The notes under the pieces are model-generated. The model was not told the DNA's origin. It did not search any database and saw only the letters and a program-made list of their open reading frames with translations. Shown here one piece after another: positions 13,610 to 27,439 of a stretch of DNA of 64,000 nucleotides. Within the stretch, counting starts at the first letter, position 1, and the number at the start of each line of letters is the position of its first letter. This DNA is from Octopus sinensis (lineage: Eukaryota). Position numbers and translations under genes: made by a program. The stretch is from positions 96,782,001 to 96,846,000 of the forward strand of contig NC_042999.1 of assembly GCF_006345805.1 (NCBI RefSeq), read 5' to 3'.

Positions 13610-14200
13610 ACAAGAATTGAATTGAGAGAAACAGATACGATACAGGAAAAGACAGGGTAAAGAATAAAGATAATAAATAAGAATCAAGAGTAAAGAGAGG
13701 AAATACAGAAACGAGGGGCATTCACTCAGGAGGAAAAGAATGAAATGTATGCGAGAAATGGTGGTGGAACGTTACGTATGATGAACGATGAAGCAGAGAA
13801 GAAGGAGGGGGACAGCAGAAGAAGAAATTCTTATCGAGTATCGAGAAGATAAGAAGAGAAAATCAGAAATAAGTAGACATACAATGAATAATGAATTAAA
13901 TGAAGTAAAATAAATATACAAAGTAACATATTTAGAGAAATGAAAGGAAATAGAGACGAGAAGCGACAAAAACAAGAATGGGAGAGGTAAAGCAGAAATA
14001 GTCAAGGTACTACGAAATTGGTAGCAAAACTAACAAAAAGAAAAAGGAAAAATTAGCAAGTTGCCAAGTAAATAAAACACTACGAAAATTATCACAAGAA
14101 GGAAAATGAAAAGTAATAAAACAAAGTATAGGAGTAAAGGCTTTAGAGAGAGACTGAGAAAAAAATCGATGGGAAGGGAAGTGAGTGATGAGAAAGAGAG
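13610..14200 (+). repeat. Purine-rich (GA-rich) low-complexity tract
   Basis: Strong A/G strand bias over ~600 bp with no clean period. Confidence 0.6.
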
Positions 14201-14425
14201 AGAAGTTGCTATCATTTAACTACAGATCAGTTCCGGACCATCATGTCACTGATCAAAAGCATTCCACCTGTAACCTCCTACCTGGAAATACATTATCCAA
14301 GGTATCTTTAATTTCTCAAGATCGAAAGTCCAATTATCATATAATAGGAACTTCCTTGACACAAGCTGCATGCCCCATTTTCAGACTATTTTCCTTAGTC
14401 ATTGCACGGTGATCGCTATAAGTTT

Positions 14426-14790
14426 TAAGTAGCTTGCTAACCAACCACATGGCTCTGGGTTCAGTCCTACTGCGTGGAACCTTGGGTGAGTGTCTTCTAC
14501 TCTAGCTTCGGGCCGACCAAAGCCTTGTAAGTGGATTTGGTAGATGGAAACTGAAAGAAGCCTGTCGTATATATATGTATATGTATGTGTGTGTGTGTGT
14601 CCGTGTTTGTCTCCCCCCACCATCGCTTGACAACTGATGCTGGTGTGTTTACGTCCTCGTAACTTAGCGGGTCGGCAAAAGAGACCGATAGAATAAGTAC
14701 TGGGCTTACAAAAATAAGTCCTGGGGTCGATTTGCTCGACTAAAGGCATGGCCGTAGTCAAATGACTGAAACAAGTAAGAGAATAAAAGA
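14426..14790 (+). mobile_element. tRNA-derived SINE family B (CORE-like CTTGGGYRAGTGTCTT box)
   Basis: GGGTTCAGTCC B-box; central microsatellite; tail CAAATGACTGAAACAAGTAAGAG; further copies at 21.8k, 27.0k and 31.9k. Confidence 0.8.
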
Positions 14791-14818
14791 AAAAAAGAAA
14801 GAATATGTGTGTGTGAGT

Positions 14819-15195
14819 GTGGAAGGCAATGGTCCACTGGTTAGAGCAGCGGACTCGCGGTCTTAGGATCGCGGTTTCGATTCCCAAACTGGGCGTTCTG
14901 AGTGTTTATTGAGCGAAAACACCTAAAGCTCCACGAAGATCCGGCAGAGGTGGGGGTGAACCCTTCTGTACTCTTTCACCACAACTTTTTCCCACTGTTT
15001 TTTCCTGTTTCTGTCGTACCTGTATTTCAATGGGCCAGCCTTGTCACGCTCTATGTCACGCTGAATCTCCCCGAGAACTACATTAAGGGTACACATGTCT
15101 GTGGAGTGGTCAGTCACTTGCACGTTAATTTCACGAGCAAGCTGTTCTGTTGATCGTTTCAGCTGGGACGCTCGTCGTCGTAACCGACGCAGTGC
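14819..15195 (+). mobile_element. tRNA-derived SINE family C
   Basis: Head GTGGAAGGCAATGGTCCACTGGTTAGAGCAGCGGACTCGCGG...GGTTTCGATTCCC; the same head occurs on the minus strand at 26.9k. Confidence 0.8.
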
Positions 15196-15507
15196 TCATA
15201 TATGTATATATATATATATTATATATATATATATATATACGTTTAAATATTTGTTGTGCAAGATTTTTTATGTGAAGTCGTGTGTTGAAACAGATATTGT
15301 TATATTTCGGAATGGTCATTTTGCCAGTTTAGCCAATAAAACACACGCACTATATATTTGGTGTTACTTTGCTTCAGTGTTATTTATTTTTTACATTAAT
15401 CTTAATCTTATTTCGGCCAGAGTTCTTTCGTCACACTCCTGTGACCGCATCAGTGGTCCTTTGTTTTCTTCTTCTTATTTGTGTCTCTCCTTACTAACCG
15501 TCAGCCA

Positions 15508-15549
<42 letters not shown>

Positions 15550-15657
15550 GTGTGTGTGTGTTGTGGTTTGTGTGTGTGTGTGTGTGTGTGTGTATTTGTG
15601 TTGTTGTGTGCATATAATATATATTGCTAAACTGGCAAAATGACCATTCCGAAATTT

Positions 15658-15697
<40 letters not shown>

Positions 15698-16589
15698 TAT
15701 ATATATTATTATATATATAATACACTGTATATATGTATATGTACATATATACATACACATATATATAGTTTGTGTGTGTGTGTGGTGTGGTGCGTGTGTG
15801 TGTTGTGTATGTGTGTGTGTGTGCATATAAATATATATTCAAAAATGACTTCAGGTGGATATACTGATGATAATGCACCGACATTAACACCAAGCTGTAC
15901 ATCTAACAGTGTGCAGTTGATGCAGTTGGAATGCGCATAGGTCCACGAATAACTTTTTAATAAAATGTGGAGAGTCAACGTTCTCCTAATTATTATATAT
16001 ATATAATTATTTTTCCGTTAAGGTAAGATAAACAAAAATGGACTCCATCCAGTGAGAGGTAAATATTGTCTAATTTACACAGTATATAGTTATGAGCTAC
16101 TAACAGTTTGAGATATTTTCCAGGCAGCTTTTAATAACAGGCCTAGTGACACCAAGTAATCTTCAGAAGAAGATAGGCATGTGCTCGGAGCCTGGTGATT
16201 ACTTGGAGACATTGAGTGCGTCATTAAAACCGGCCTATAAGTAACTCCGGTGTATGAAACTATTACTAGCTCATAACTATATACAGTGTGCATTAAGCAA
16301 TATATATATATCACAGACTTCTGATAGTCCCCAGATGATAATAAAAAGACTCAAAAAGTCTGCAACCAAATAACTTTACTCAAAATAACATTTTGCAACT
16401 GATTCAGTGGAGGCAAAGATACCTCACCTTTACTTGACAATTCATGCACCACATTGCAGAAATCACGGTCTAAGTATATCTTAAAGCAAATTCTTACATT
16501 CTTGTACCATTGAATTTCAAATGACGCTCATCTTTTACCCTCGGGTGACTCTACAGCTTCCAAGACTACAATTGTATTCGTCTTTGCTT

Positions 16590-17427
16590 AGGAAAAATTA
16601 CTAAATTGTTGGGGTTAAGCCCCTATTAAATGGTCTTAGTAATCTCCTAAGGAGTTGAAATTTTAGGAATATTACTTCATTTGTGTCTAATATCTATGGT
16701 TAAAATTTCATCAACAGCAAAAATATATGAATTTTCATGGGGGATATGGCCTCATTTATGCCTCCTCATTTTCAAACATATACTGCATTACATCCGCCCT
16801 TTTGCATAGAATATAATTACCAAATTTCATAAAGATCCATTCAGTACTTTTTACCTTGTTTTGGATTATAAAAATGTCTAAAATTTGGGAGTTAGGGGGT
16901 CTTAGAATCCTCATAAAAAGCGGAAACTGGGAATACTTCTTGGTTTATGTCAATAACCAATGGTTGAAATTTAATCAACATCGGAAATTTATGAATTTTC
17001 ATGGGGAGTTTTACCCCCCACCCCTGTAAGCCCCCTTCAAGTTCACACCAAACATACTGCATTATACCCACCCTTATACATTGAATCTAAATTCCAAATA
17101 TTATAAGGATCCATTCAGAAATGTTGGACCATGAAAAATTACTAAAATTTGGAGGATAAGCCCCCATTAGGGGGTCTTAAATTCACCCAAAGAAATAGAA
17201 ATTTGGTGTATATTTCTAATATCTATGGTTCAAATTTCATCAAAATCCAAAGCATTTGAATTTTCAAGCAGGATTCTGCTCCCCTTTATGCCCCCTCAAA
17301 ATTATATGAAACATACGGCATTATCCTTCTCCCTAGGCTTGGATTTTGTGTTCCAAATTCCATTAGGATTGGTCCATAGTTTTCGAGTCTATAATACACG
17401 AACATACAGCATTGACTTTTATATAAT
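16590..17427 (+). mobile_element. Helentron/HINE-like element with three diverged ~265 bp tandem units
   Basis: TGAATTTTCA recurs at ~16728, 16993 and 17258; the CCAAATTTCAT..GATCC motif repeats; HINE-like 3' end TAGTTTTCGAG...ACATACAGCATTGACTTTTATATA. Confidence 0.55.
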
Positions 17428-17443
17428 ATGATATGATATGATA

Positions 17444-17520
<77 letters not shown>

Positions 17521-17580
17521 ATATATATACATAAATGATAGATAGATAGATAGATAGATAAGATAGATAGATAGATAGAT

Positions 17581-17621
<41 letters not shown>

Positions 17622-18459
17622 GGAAATGAGATGAATCTACAGCTCTAGGTATAAACATCCTTGCTGCTGTGGAATCAATTAAAATCGACTCCAGCAAGTT
17701 ATTGGGATATTTTTCATTGAATACAGGAAATGTGAAATGCAATGTTGACTCAGGTGGAACGCGAAGACAATAATTCGAAGCGTTATAATATTCTATTTTA
17801 TTTGTCAACCGTGAAAATGTTCATGAATGGTTCAGCACCGACGTACGAGAAAACAAAGCATCTGATTGGCTCATACTGTTTTAATCTGATCATGGATAGT
17901 AAAGATGACAATTCTAGATATGTTTTTCCCTACTAGATCTTCTCAGCAAAGCATAACATCTTATACTAGATTGGTGATATGACAATCATCGTATAGACCT
18001 ACGATGAATTTCACGCGTAGGCGATAAACTTTATCATAATGACAGAGGAAAATTATAGAGACAAAAAATAACACTCAAGTTAGTGACATCACAAATAATG
18101 TTGTAAGAATAAACATTCATTCAATTAAGATTTTTTAGTAGCTTATTCAGTAAGGCTCAATGATTAATATAAATTTAATCTGATCTTGGAAACTACTAAC
18201 GATAATCCCTAGACATATTTTGGTTAGTTTGAGTTACTGCTCGAAGAACAGTATTTCAGTTTCTGGATAAAAAAAAAAATCGATTGTTATATATTATTTA
18301 TTCATATGTATCTAAGCATGTTTCGCAATTAGTTCCAAAAACTTAGATAGATATATGTGAGCATGCATATACTATATATATATTTATTATATATATATTG
18401 ATTACACACATATATATACATATGTATACAGTTATGTACATGTATGTATACAGACAGAC

Positions 18460-18554
<95 letters not shown>

Positions 18555-19159
18555 TAGACAGATAGATAGGTAGATAGATATACATGAATATACATATACA
18601 TATGTGTGTATACATACCTACATGTGTACATACATACACGCATATATACATGCACAAATATTTGTGTGCATATATATATATGTGTGTGTGTGTTTCGGGA
18701 CGGAGTTTTTTCTTTTTTTCTCTTTTTTTTTTTTTTGCTAAATAAACACATGCACTAGATTTTTTTCCTTCACTCGTTTATTACTGTTCTTATTTTATTA
18801 TTTCAACTTACGTCCATTGTCAGGAAATCTTTCGTCACATTCCTTGCAATACAAATTGACAATCGTATATATCACTATGGAATGGATTAAACTCGGTCTC
18901 AGCATGTTATTGAGTAAATTATTTGAAGAAAATACATCCGTAAAACAAACATCATATGTCTGAAGTTTCCACTATGACCTCTTATCCGTGGATGTTCAAA
19001 GAAACTACACAATAGAATCTACACACTTTTTTTACGTTTTTGCTTTTACGATAAGTTACAACAAGGCTGATTATAATAAAATCTTATAACTCCCACGCAT
19101 TTGGCTGGAGGTGGATAATCGATTCACAATAGCTTCCAATATTAAATTAAATTAAGATA

Positions 19160-19530
19160 TTAAGGTGGCGAGCTGGCAGAATTGTTAGCATGCCGAGCAA
19201 AATGCTTAACGGCATTTCGTCTGTCGTATTTTATCCTGTTTCAAGTTCGATAAAATAATTATCAGTTGAGCACAGGATTCGATATAATCTATTACACTTC
19301 CTCCCGCTAAATTTCAGAACTTTAAGACGGCAAGCTGATAGAATCATTTGCACGCCGGGAGAAAACCTTAGCGGCATTTCGTTCGTCTTTACTTTCTGAG
19401 TTCAAATTCTGCCGAGTTCGACTTTGCCTTTCATCCTTCCGGGGTCGATAAAGTAACTAGTTGTTGAGCACTGGGTAGGCTTGCCCTTCTCTCGAAATTG
19501 CTAGCCTTGTGGCAAGATTTGAAGCAAATA
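19160..19530 (+). mobile_element. Two SINE family A copies (partial head 19160-19225; copy 19323-19530)
   Basis: Family head and GAGTTCAAATTC B-box. Confidence 0.75.
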
Positions 19531-19744
19531 TTAGATTTAATTCCTTCACAAGATATGAACTGAGAGAGTTTGAAGCTTTTTTTTTGCAGGGTATGCTAGA
19601 GTTTGTACATGCACATATCTGCTTACATATTTACATATGCACTACTCACATACGCATATATATATATATATATATATACATAATAAGTGACAAAAAAAGA
19701 ATACCTCGGTATTAGGTAAATAGAAGATACAGTGTATATTTCAC

Positions 19745-20770
19745 TATTTTTAGGGATGATGCTTTCGCTTTAGCTAAGAATACCAATGGACTAGCGCAAG
19801 ATCGGTTAAGGAAGGATATTATCAATCTTATGAAAACATTCGATCTTAGCATAACAATATATACCAACCTGACGGTCGTCAACTTCCTTTGAGTATCTCT
19901 GGATTTACAAAAGTATATTTACAAACCCTATAGAAAGCCCAACGGTAGACTTAATTATATTAATGTAGGTTCCTGCCACCCCCACCCACAGTGCTTAAGA
20001 ATTTAGATAAGAATATTAGTAAGAGAATTTCTAGCCTTTCTTTCCAATATAAACATATTTAATAATGCTGCCCCAATATATAACAAAGCCCTTAAAGCTA
20101 GTGGATTTAAGGAGGAAATATCTTACAGTCCTGCTGTTAGGCCAGAAATACAGAAAAGAAACCATAGACACGGGAAAATTATTTGGTTCACGCCCCCTTA
20201 CTCACTCAAAGTTATCTTTAAGATAGGTAAATAATTGTTGTCACTTATAGATAGACATTTTCCAATGAATCATAAATATATGAAACTCTTTAATAGGCAT
20301 AACCTAAAAATTAGTTTTAGGTCAACCCCAAATTTTAAAAACATAATTACACACAACGCAAAACAACAAAATGAAGCCGGCTGTTCCTGCAGGGATAAAT
20401 ACTTGTGCCTGCCAAATGGAGCCTGTATGACCGAAGCCACTGTAAATTCTACGAACGCTAATAACAGTTTCGTCAAAGAGATATGTGGGTCTCACGGAGA
20501 GAAATTTTAAAGCAAGTTTCAATGATCACACTTTAAGCTTCAGCCACTGGGATAAGCGAAAAACTACTAAATTATCCAGTCATATATGGTTCTTAAAAGA
20601 ACAAGGTGTCAGCAATAGGATTTACTGGAAGATCTTGGCCAACTGTAAACCTTGTACTAACGGTAGTGGCAAGTGCAGTTTTTGTAATAAGGAAAGATGG
20701 CTTATCTGAAAAAATTCCTTGGACCCCGCTACATGTCTAAATTTAAGAACTGAACTTTTTGGCTATGTCC
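19745..20770 (+). pseudogene. Penelope-like element, RT C-terminus plus GIY-YIG endonuclease, degraded
   Basis: FRDD, KPYRKPN, IWFTPPY, CSCRDKYLC..GAC, GLTERNFKASFNDH, TKLSSHIW, KCSFCNKERWLI. Confidence 0.85.
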
Positions 20771-21510
20771 ATATACGACTATGTCCATATCTGTTTACGG
20801 TTTCAGCACCCCCACCCCAATATCACGGATAGAATCCGCATTTTTACTATGTTCCTGCAAAAGCTTTCCATATGTCTTAACATTTTAAATTTTTATATAT
20901 ATATTTTTTCATTTTTCCTTTTTTAGTTATGTGAATGTGTACGTGTGTGAGTATATGTATGTATATATCAAATGTATATGTGCGTGCGGGTGTATATATG
21001 TGTATACGTGTATGTATGTATATGCATGTAGGACTGTGTCCGATGCATAAGTGAGACTTTCATGCACACGTCCCCTTCATTTATACCGATATGCATAAGC
21101 TTGTATATGTGCGATTGTTGCTACTATTTTTTTCTCTAATCTTTTGAAAAATCCAATAATCTTTAGTATGTCTGACCATTGTGCGAATTTAATCTTAGGT
21201 CTAAGATTCATTCTATACTTCACTGTATTCTTCATTTTGTTCTGTACTTTCTTCCTAATAATTTGACCATGAATACAGAATTGTAATTTATTGTTAACGT
21301 ACCCGTTTATTCTGCTCATTTCTTTATTTCTGTATTTTGTATTTTGATAATAATTGTATCTTGTCTGTCACTAAATCTATGGGTTTTGTTTTGCCTGAAG
21401 ACTGCTGAAAATGACAGATCACTTTAGGTATGCATTCTCACACTGAGTGAAGTAATAGTAAGATCTAACGAATGACTTATTTAAACAATCACCTGAGGAA
21501 GCGCATTCTA

Positions 21511-21558
21511 CACCTGAGAGTCATAATAATGATTACACGTGTCGAAACAATTGCAGTA
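21511..21558 (+). ncRNA. Degenerate hammerhead downstream of the Penelope-like ORF
   Basis: CAC-CTGAGA(G)...C-GAAAC-AATT-GCA: core deletion and GTA changed to GCA; same AATT loop III as the 3.3-kb HHR. Confidence 0.4.
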
Positions 21559-21812
21559 ATTTGAATTTAAAATGTCTTTCGTAACATATAACGTCATTTA
21601 CCTATTTATATAAATCTACGGATACTATGGAAGTCCTGGTGTATAACCAATAGCAGAAGCATTTCCATTGCACAAGGACATCAGGTAGACGAATTTTGCA
21701 TAGCATTCTACAGGGAATCTTATTAAACTGTTATACTCAGATGCCTACATACTTATATACACATATGTATATAGACGAAGCTATGTAGCAAAAGGCTCGA
21801 ATATTCCTAAGA

Positions 21813-21930
21813 AAATGGTTCCGGGTTCAGTTCCACTGGGTACCAACTTAGGCAGGTGTCTTCTACTGTAGCACTGAGCCGACCCAAGTCTTGTGCGGGG
21901 AATTTGGGAGAAGGAAACTGAAAGAAGCCC

Positions 21931-21966
<36 letters not shown>

Positions 21967-21976
21967 AACACATACA

Positions 21977-22012
<36 letters not shown>

Positions 22013-22105
22013 CACACATACATACATACATACATATATATACACACATACATACATACATACATATATATACACACAACATACATACATACATACATAC
22101 ATACA

Positions 22106-22137
<32 letters not shown>

Positions 22138-22340
22138 CGTGAGTGTATTTTCGTTTCTTTCTACGCCTGTCCACTGCCACCGCCTGACAACCGGTGCTGG
22201 TGTACTTACGTCCCCGTAACTTGGCGATTCAACAAAAGACGCCGATACAATATATGCCAGGCTTAAAAAGAAAGAATAAAATAATTACCGTTCGTTCCAC
22301 TAAAACTTCCCTAAGGTTGTGCTCCAGCCTGTTCGCAATA
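21813..22340 (+). mobile_element. SINE family B with expanded internal (TACA)n
   Basis: ATGGTTCCGGGTTCAG...GTGTCTTCTACT...GACAACCGGTGCTGGTG. Confidence 0.75.
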
Positions 22341-22383
22341 TGTTTTAGACATACGAACTTGCATTTATAAATATGTATAAAGT

Positions 22384-22474
<91 letters not shown>

Positions 22475-22996
22475 TACGCTTTCATGTCACTGGCCCTGAA
22501 CCGCATAAAATGGTACAAGCGCTCTCGTGACACTTGGTGTGTCGTAGGCATTTCTGACCTGACAAAGCGATTTCTTTTCAGTTCTAGCCGCAACCGATTT
22601 CATTTACAAGAAATAGAAAGAGTCAAACAGACGAAACGGAAGAGTCAAAGACAGAAGAATCGATTCCGAAGAACTGAGATTGAAAGACAATGTTGTGTTT
22701 GTATATGTGAAATGAATCAGGACGCAGAAAGCTGGAACTATTACCGCAAAGCAACTTACTCGACGCTCGAACGACTATGCCAATTGGCCGCTTTACAGAC
22801 GTACAATATATACATGTATTTTACTGCGCACGTGTGGTCTCTATCTATTCAGCAATCTGCGCTTAAATATAAAAAATGTTTAGTCTACGAAATAATTTAT
22901 TTTTTTATTTATTCTCACACACCGTCTCACTCCTTCTCAAACTGACACATTCTCTTTCACTTCCTCTCTCTCTCGCACTCTCACACGCTCTCTCCC

Positions 22997-23035
<39 letters not shown>

Positions 23036-23696
23036 ATATATTCATATATAAGTGGGTGAAAAAGCGCGCTACGCTCACATACGTACACATACACTAGATT
23101 CTGTTGAAGCAAACCTGTAATCAACAGCAAACGACTAAACATTCACCTACACACTTGCACACACACACACACATTTTAAACACACTCAGACGACCGTATA
23201 CACCCAGGGAAGCATACTTTAATCATAATCAGATAGCACAAGTATAGACAGAGAAAAATAAACTCCACACGCGCAGGCACATACACACGATATAAAAAGA
23301 TAGACGTAAAAGAAACCAAAAGAAAAAAGTTATTCCAGAGATCTCCGAATTAAGAACTCAACTAATTCAAGATGGTGTCGGTGAGATAACGCCGTGACGC
23401 TAATGGAAAGTTTAAAAAGTAGGACGGAGCTGTTTAAAGCGGTAACAACACCTGTTAAGTAACGGAGCGGCATGAAGTCCTTGGTGTCTAGATCAGCGTT
23501 TCATTATCAAACTTTCTTTTCTAAACCTGTAAGCCTGATATTTCCAGCTCCGTTGTTTTGACAAGCATCAAGCATCCGGTCCAGACTTGAACAGAGATTA
23601 GATTAAAAGTTGTTTTTTTATTTATATTTTATAATGGTGAGAGTTATTCCGTTAAGGGCTGCGGTGCTGATGGTAATAGCAGTGATAGTAATGATG

Positions 23697-23870
23697 GCGG
23701 AGGTGTGGCGGAGGCGGCAGTGGCGGCTGCGGTGGTGGTGGTGGTGGTGGTGGTGGTGGTGGTGGTGGTGGTGGTGGTGGTGATGGTGACGGCAGCGACG
23801 GTGATGGTGGTGGGAATGACGGTGGTAGTGGTTGCCGTGGTTGTCGTTGTTGTTGTGAACGTAAAGTTGG
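23697..23870. repeat. (GGT/GGC/GTG)n triplet repeat
   Basis: Directly visible. Confidence 0.9.
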
Positions 23871-24002
23871 TGGAAATTAAGAATGGATAACACTTTTCGT
23901 ACACATTTTGTTGGGAGTGTTAATACGCACATTCACTATAATACGTATATTCACTATAAAACGCTTACAGAGTTACATACATACATACATACATACATAC
24001 AT

Positions 24003-24043
<41 letters not shown>

Positions 24044-24048
24044 CATTA

Positions 24049-24090
<42 letters not shown>

Positions 24091-24658
24091 TGTTCGTGTG
24101 TCTGAAAAATGAATCAGTTAAGCGAAGCAAATGATAATAAATATATGAATGAATAGGTAAATAGCGATAGATTTCCTCTCTTCCACTAAGTGACGCTAGC
24201 AGTGGAGATAAGAAACTTAATAAAATGCACTCTGATTTATTACGAACCACTTGTTAACGAACCAAACAGCCATTACACTATCTTTTTTTAATTTCTTTTT
24301 TAATGTAGCATCTTTCTAGTCAACGAAGAAGCTCCTCTTTTATCGTTCTGCTTAAGTGCAACAGCAGCCAAACTCCTTCAAATTACAAGTTTCATTCCCT
24401 TCCTTGCTTTAATAGTTTGAATAAGAAAAATAGTGTTCAAAAGGCAAATCTACATTCTCTTTCAAAAAACAGAACAGGATGGTCATACTGGAATGCCTTT
24501 GAATATAGGTTTGCTGCATCAGCGCTGACCTGCGGTTATTTATTAACAATAAAGATGGAGTGACTGTGGATACGAAACTATATATTCCTTTTATCGCGGA
24601 TTCTCTTAGAAAGAGAATTCTCTTAGAAATTAACCTAACAAGAGTACATTAAAATATT

Positions 24659-25053
24659 TTTTCTACTCTAGGCACAAGGCCCGAAATTTGCGGGAGGAGG
24701 CCAGGCGATTAGATCAACCCCAGTACGCAACTAGTACTTAATTTATCAATCCCGAAAGGATGAAAGGCAAAGTTGACCTCGGCGGAATTTGAACTAAGAA
24801 CGTAAAAACAGACGAAATACCTATATCTTTACTACCCACAAGGGGCTAAACACAGAGAGGACAAACAAGGATAGACAAACGGATTAAGTCGACTATATCG
24901 TCCCCAGTGCGTAACTGGTACTTATTTAATCGACCCCGAAAGGATGAAAAGCAAAGTCGACCGCGGCGGAATTTGAACTCAGAACGCAGCGGCGGACGAA
25001 ATACCACAAAGCATTTCGCCCGGCGTGCTAACGTTTTTGCCAGCTCGCCGCCT
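24659..25053 (-). mobile_element. Composite SINE A dimer with an internal Tx1-like tail, flanked by a 16 bp TSD
   Basis: AGTACATTAAAATATT at 24643-24658 and 25054-25069; full head at 25053; second SINE body at 24659-24822. Confidence 0.85.
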
Positions 25054-26607
25054 AGTACATTAAAATATTGTCTGACCAGTCATCGTATTCTTAAAATGAT
25101 AGCAATCTTAAATTTGAAGATTGGTAACTGCCGGAGGAGTGGACTGGGGGTGTCAATTGACTCCTGATGTTACAATTCACGACATTACAGAAAGAGAGAG
25201 AGAGATGTACACACACGCGCACACACATCTTCGATATTGAATTTTAAGATATGTCTATTATGTACTTCTGGTAACGTATGTACAATGATATATAATAACC
25301 TTTTATATTGACCCACTTGTGATATTTTGAGATGTTCTTGTAAAAAGGCTGCGTTCGAGATATACTTCTGTGTGTATGTTGTATCTGATCACGGCTCTGG
25401 ACAAAATTTGCCTGATATTTTGAAAAATACTTTTATTATAAACTTCCGATAACGCAAGCGCAATGGTATACAGTAGATTCTTTTATACACCCGGCCGGTG
25501 TAAAATGTTCATGACCGGACTACAGTTTATGTGTATGCGCAAACACAAGCTACCCCTCATTCGAATTTCTATTTACCAAGCACTGCATGTTCGAACATCT
25601 GAACAACTTCATTTGCGATTTGTGTGATATAAGCCATTCAAAAATGTTCTTTGCTTTTTGCTTACACATTTATTATTAATAGTGTATGCTCTCTTCCCGC
25701 TTCTTTAATATTGATATTTTGTTTTAAACCTGTTTCAGTAACTGAAAACATTTTGTACTGAACCATTTCAATAGAAGGATTTGCTCGTATTACTACAGCT
25801 GCAATATTAATTTTTAGAAATTTTTATTTTCTTTTTCATTTAATATTTTTCATTTATTCATCATTGTTTTTTTTTATATTAAATGTTTGTTCTATTAACA
25901 ACTGCTTTGCAAAATTTCATCTTATAGCTGTCTGTTTAAAATTTTTCATTTTCAACTGATGTGTGATTCGACGGTCGTCTTCTAAGAATTAATATTTCAT
26001 TGTTTTAACAACTGTAAATACACTTTTAGTTTCTTTTTTCTGTTCAACATAAGTAATACTAAGATTACATTACTATTAAATATCTACATATCAGGTTGCT
26101 TCACTTCACTTTCATTTTTAGGCAACAATATCTGATTACATAACTGCATGCTATATACGAACAAATAGTATATTTCTTTCATTCGGTTTGCATCAAAAGA
26201 GTGACAATAATATGAATGAAATGGGCTTAAATTTTCACTATACGAAAACGTAGATGGGATAATGGTATTTACAGTGATATTCTATTTAGTAACCAATACT
26301 AACGATATTGTAACTGCAGTAAGTAGTATTTATTGGCAGTATTTAGGCAGTAAATTATCATTGCTTAATAAATACAAGTTCTTTTAACATAACTGCATTT
26401 CATCTTATAGCGTTATTTTACATTTTCCACTGTTGACATTGGAGCTCCCTTCCTGTCGCATGCCTTGCCTGCGTTCTTCTCACGTGCATGGCATATGTAT
26501 ACTTATGAATATATACTATAGGAATATATGACAAGTGATATTAAGGTAATGTAAAATTAACTATCTTTAAGATAGCGTGTTCGCACCTGTATAATATATA
26601 TATATAT

Positions 26608-26905
26608 GCGTGTGTGTGTCTGTTGTTTGTTCCTTCTCGAGCTATGGCTGGCTCATGAGGGTCATTTCCCGGTTTCATTGGCGTATAGGTTTCCCCCATG
26701 GTTGGGACGCTGGTCCGTCGCAGGTGAGCTGCTTCAGGCAGGAGTGAGAGAAAGTTGTGGCAAAAGAATCAGCAGAGGCTCGCCATTACTTTCTGCCGGA
26801 GACGCCTTTCGCTCATAAACACACACATCATCTGACCCGAGATTCGAACCCGCGATCTCTCGACCGCAAGTCCGCTGCTCCAACCACTAGGCTATGTGCC
26901 GCCAC
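26608..26905 (-). mobile_element. SINE family C variant
   Basis: Minus head GTGGCGGCACATAGCCTAGTGGTTGGAGCAGCGG...GGGTTCGAATCTC. Confidence 0.8.
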
Positions 26906-26959
26906 ACACACATACACACACACACACACACACATATATACATATATATATATGTGTGT

Positions 26960-27203
26960 GTGTTGTGTGTGTGTGTTACCCTCCACCATCTGTCCACCAT
27001 TTGTCACCCTTATCATCGCTTGACAACAAATGGTGGTGTGTTTACGTCTCCGTAAGCTAGCAGTTCGGCAAAACGGATCAGTAGAATAAATACTAGGTTT
27101 ACAAAGAAGTTCTGGGTCGATTTTGTTCGACTAAAAACCCTTTAAGACGGTGCTCCAGCATGGTCGTAGCCAAATGACTGAAACAAGTAAAAGAATAAAA
27201 GAA
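26960..27203 (+). mobile_element. 3' half of SINE family B
   Basis: CATCGCTTGACAAC...CAAATGACTGAAACAAGTAAAAGAATAAAAG. Confidence 0.75.
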
Positions 27204-27439
27204 TTTTATTGTTAAATGCTCGAAATACGAGAGTAGAAAAACAGCCAATAACTGTTGAAGGGTCGTTTTTTTATCTTTTTTGTCTTGTTTTCCGTTTGTG
27301 ACTTTCGTTGATCGGAAAAAATAGTTCATACTCCATATAATCGTACTACGTATTCTTTGTTGTACACGTTTCGTGACGTCTTGTGCCCACATGTGCATAT
27401 ATATATATATAAGAGCAACACATTCGTGAAGTTGATATT

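Noticed and set aside
14819-14895. tRNA-like sequences (also at 26.9k and 60.3k)
   Set aside because: No complete cloverleaf or acceptor stem; they continue into SINE bodies
22484-22945. 153-aa ORF in a unique CpG-richer stretch
   Set aside because: No recognisable motif; may be regulatory or UTR sequence, but cannot be supported from sequence alone
23618-23932. Poly-His / poly-Thr / poly-Val ORFs
   Set aside because: Triplet repeat open in several frames, with no flanking domain or splice evidence
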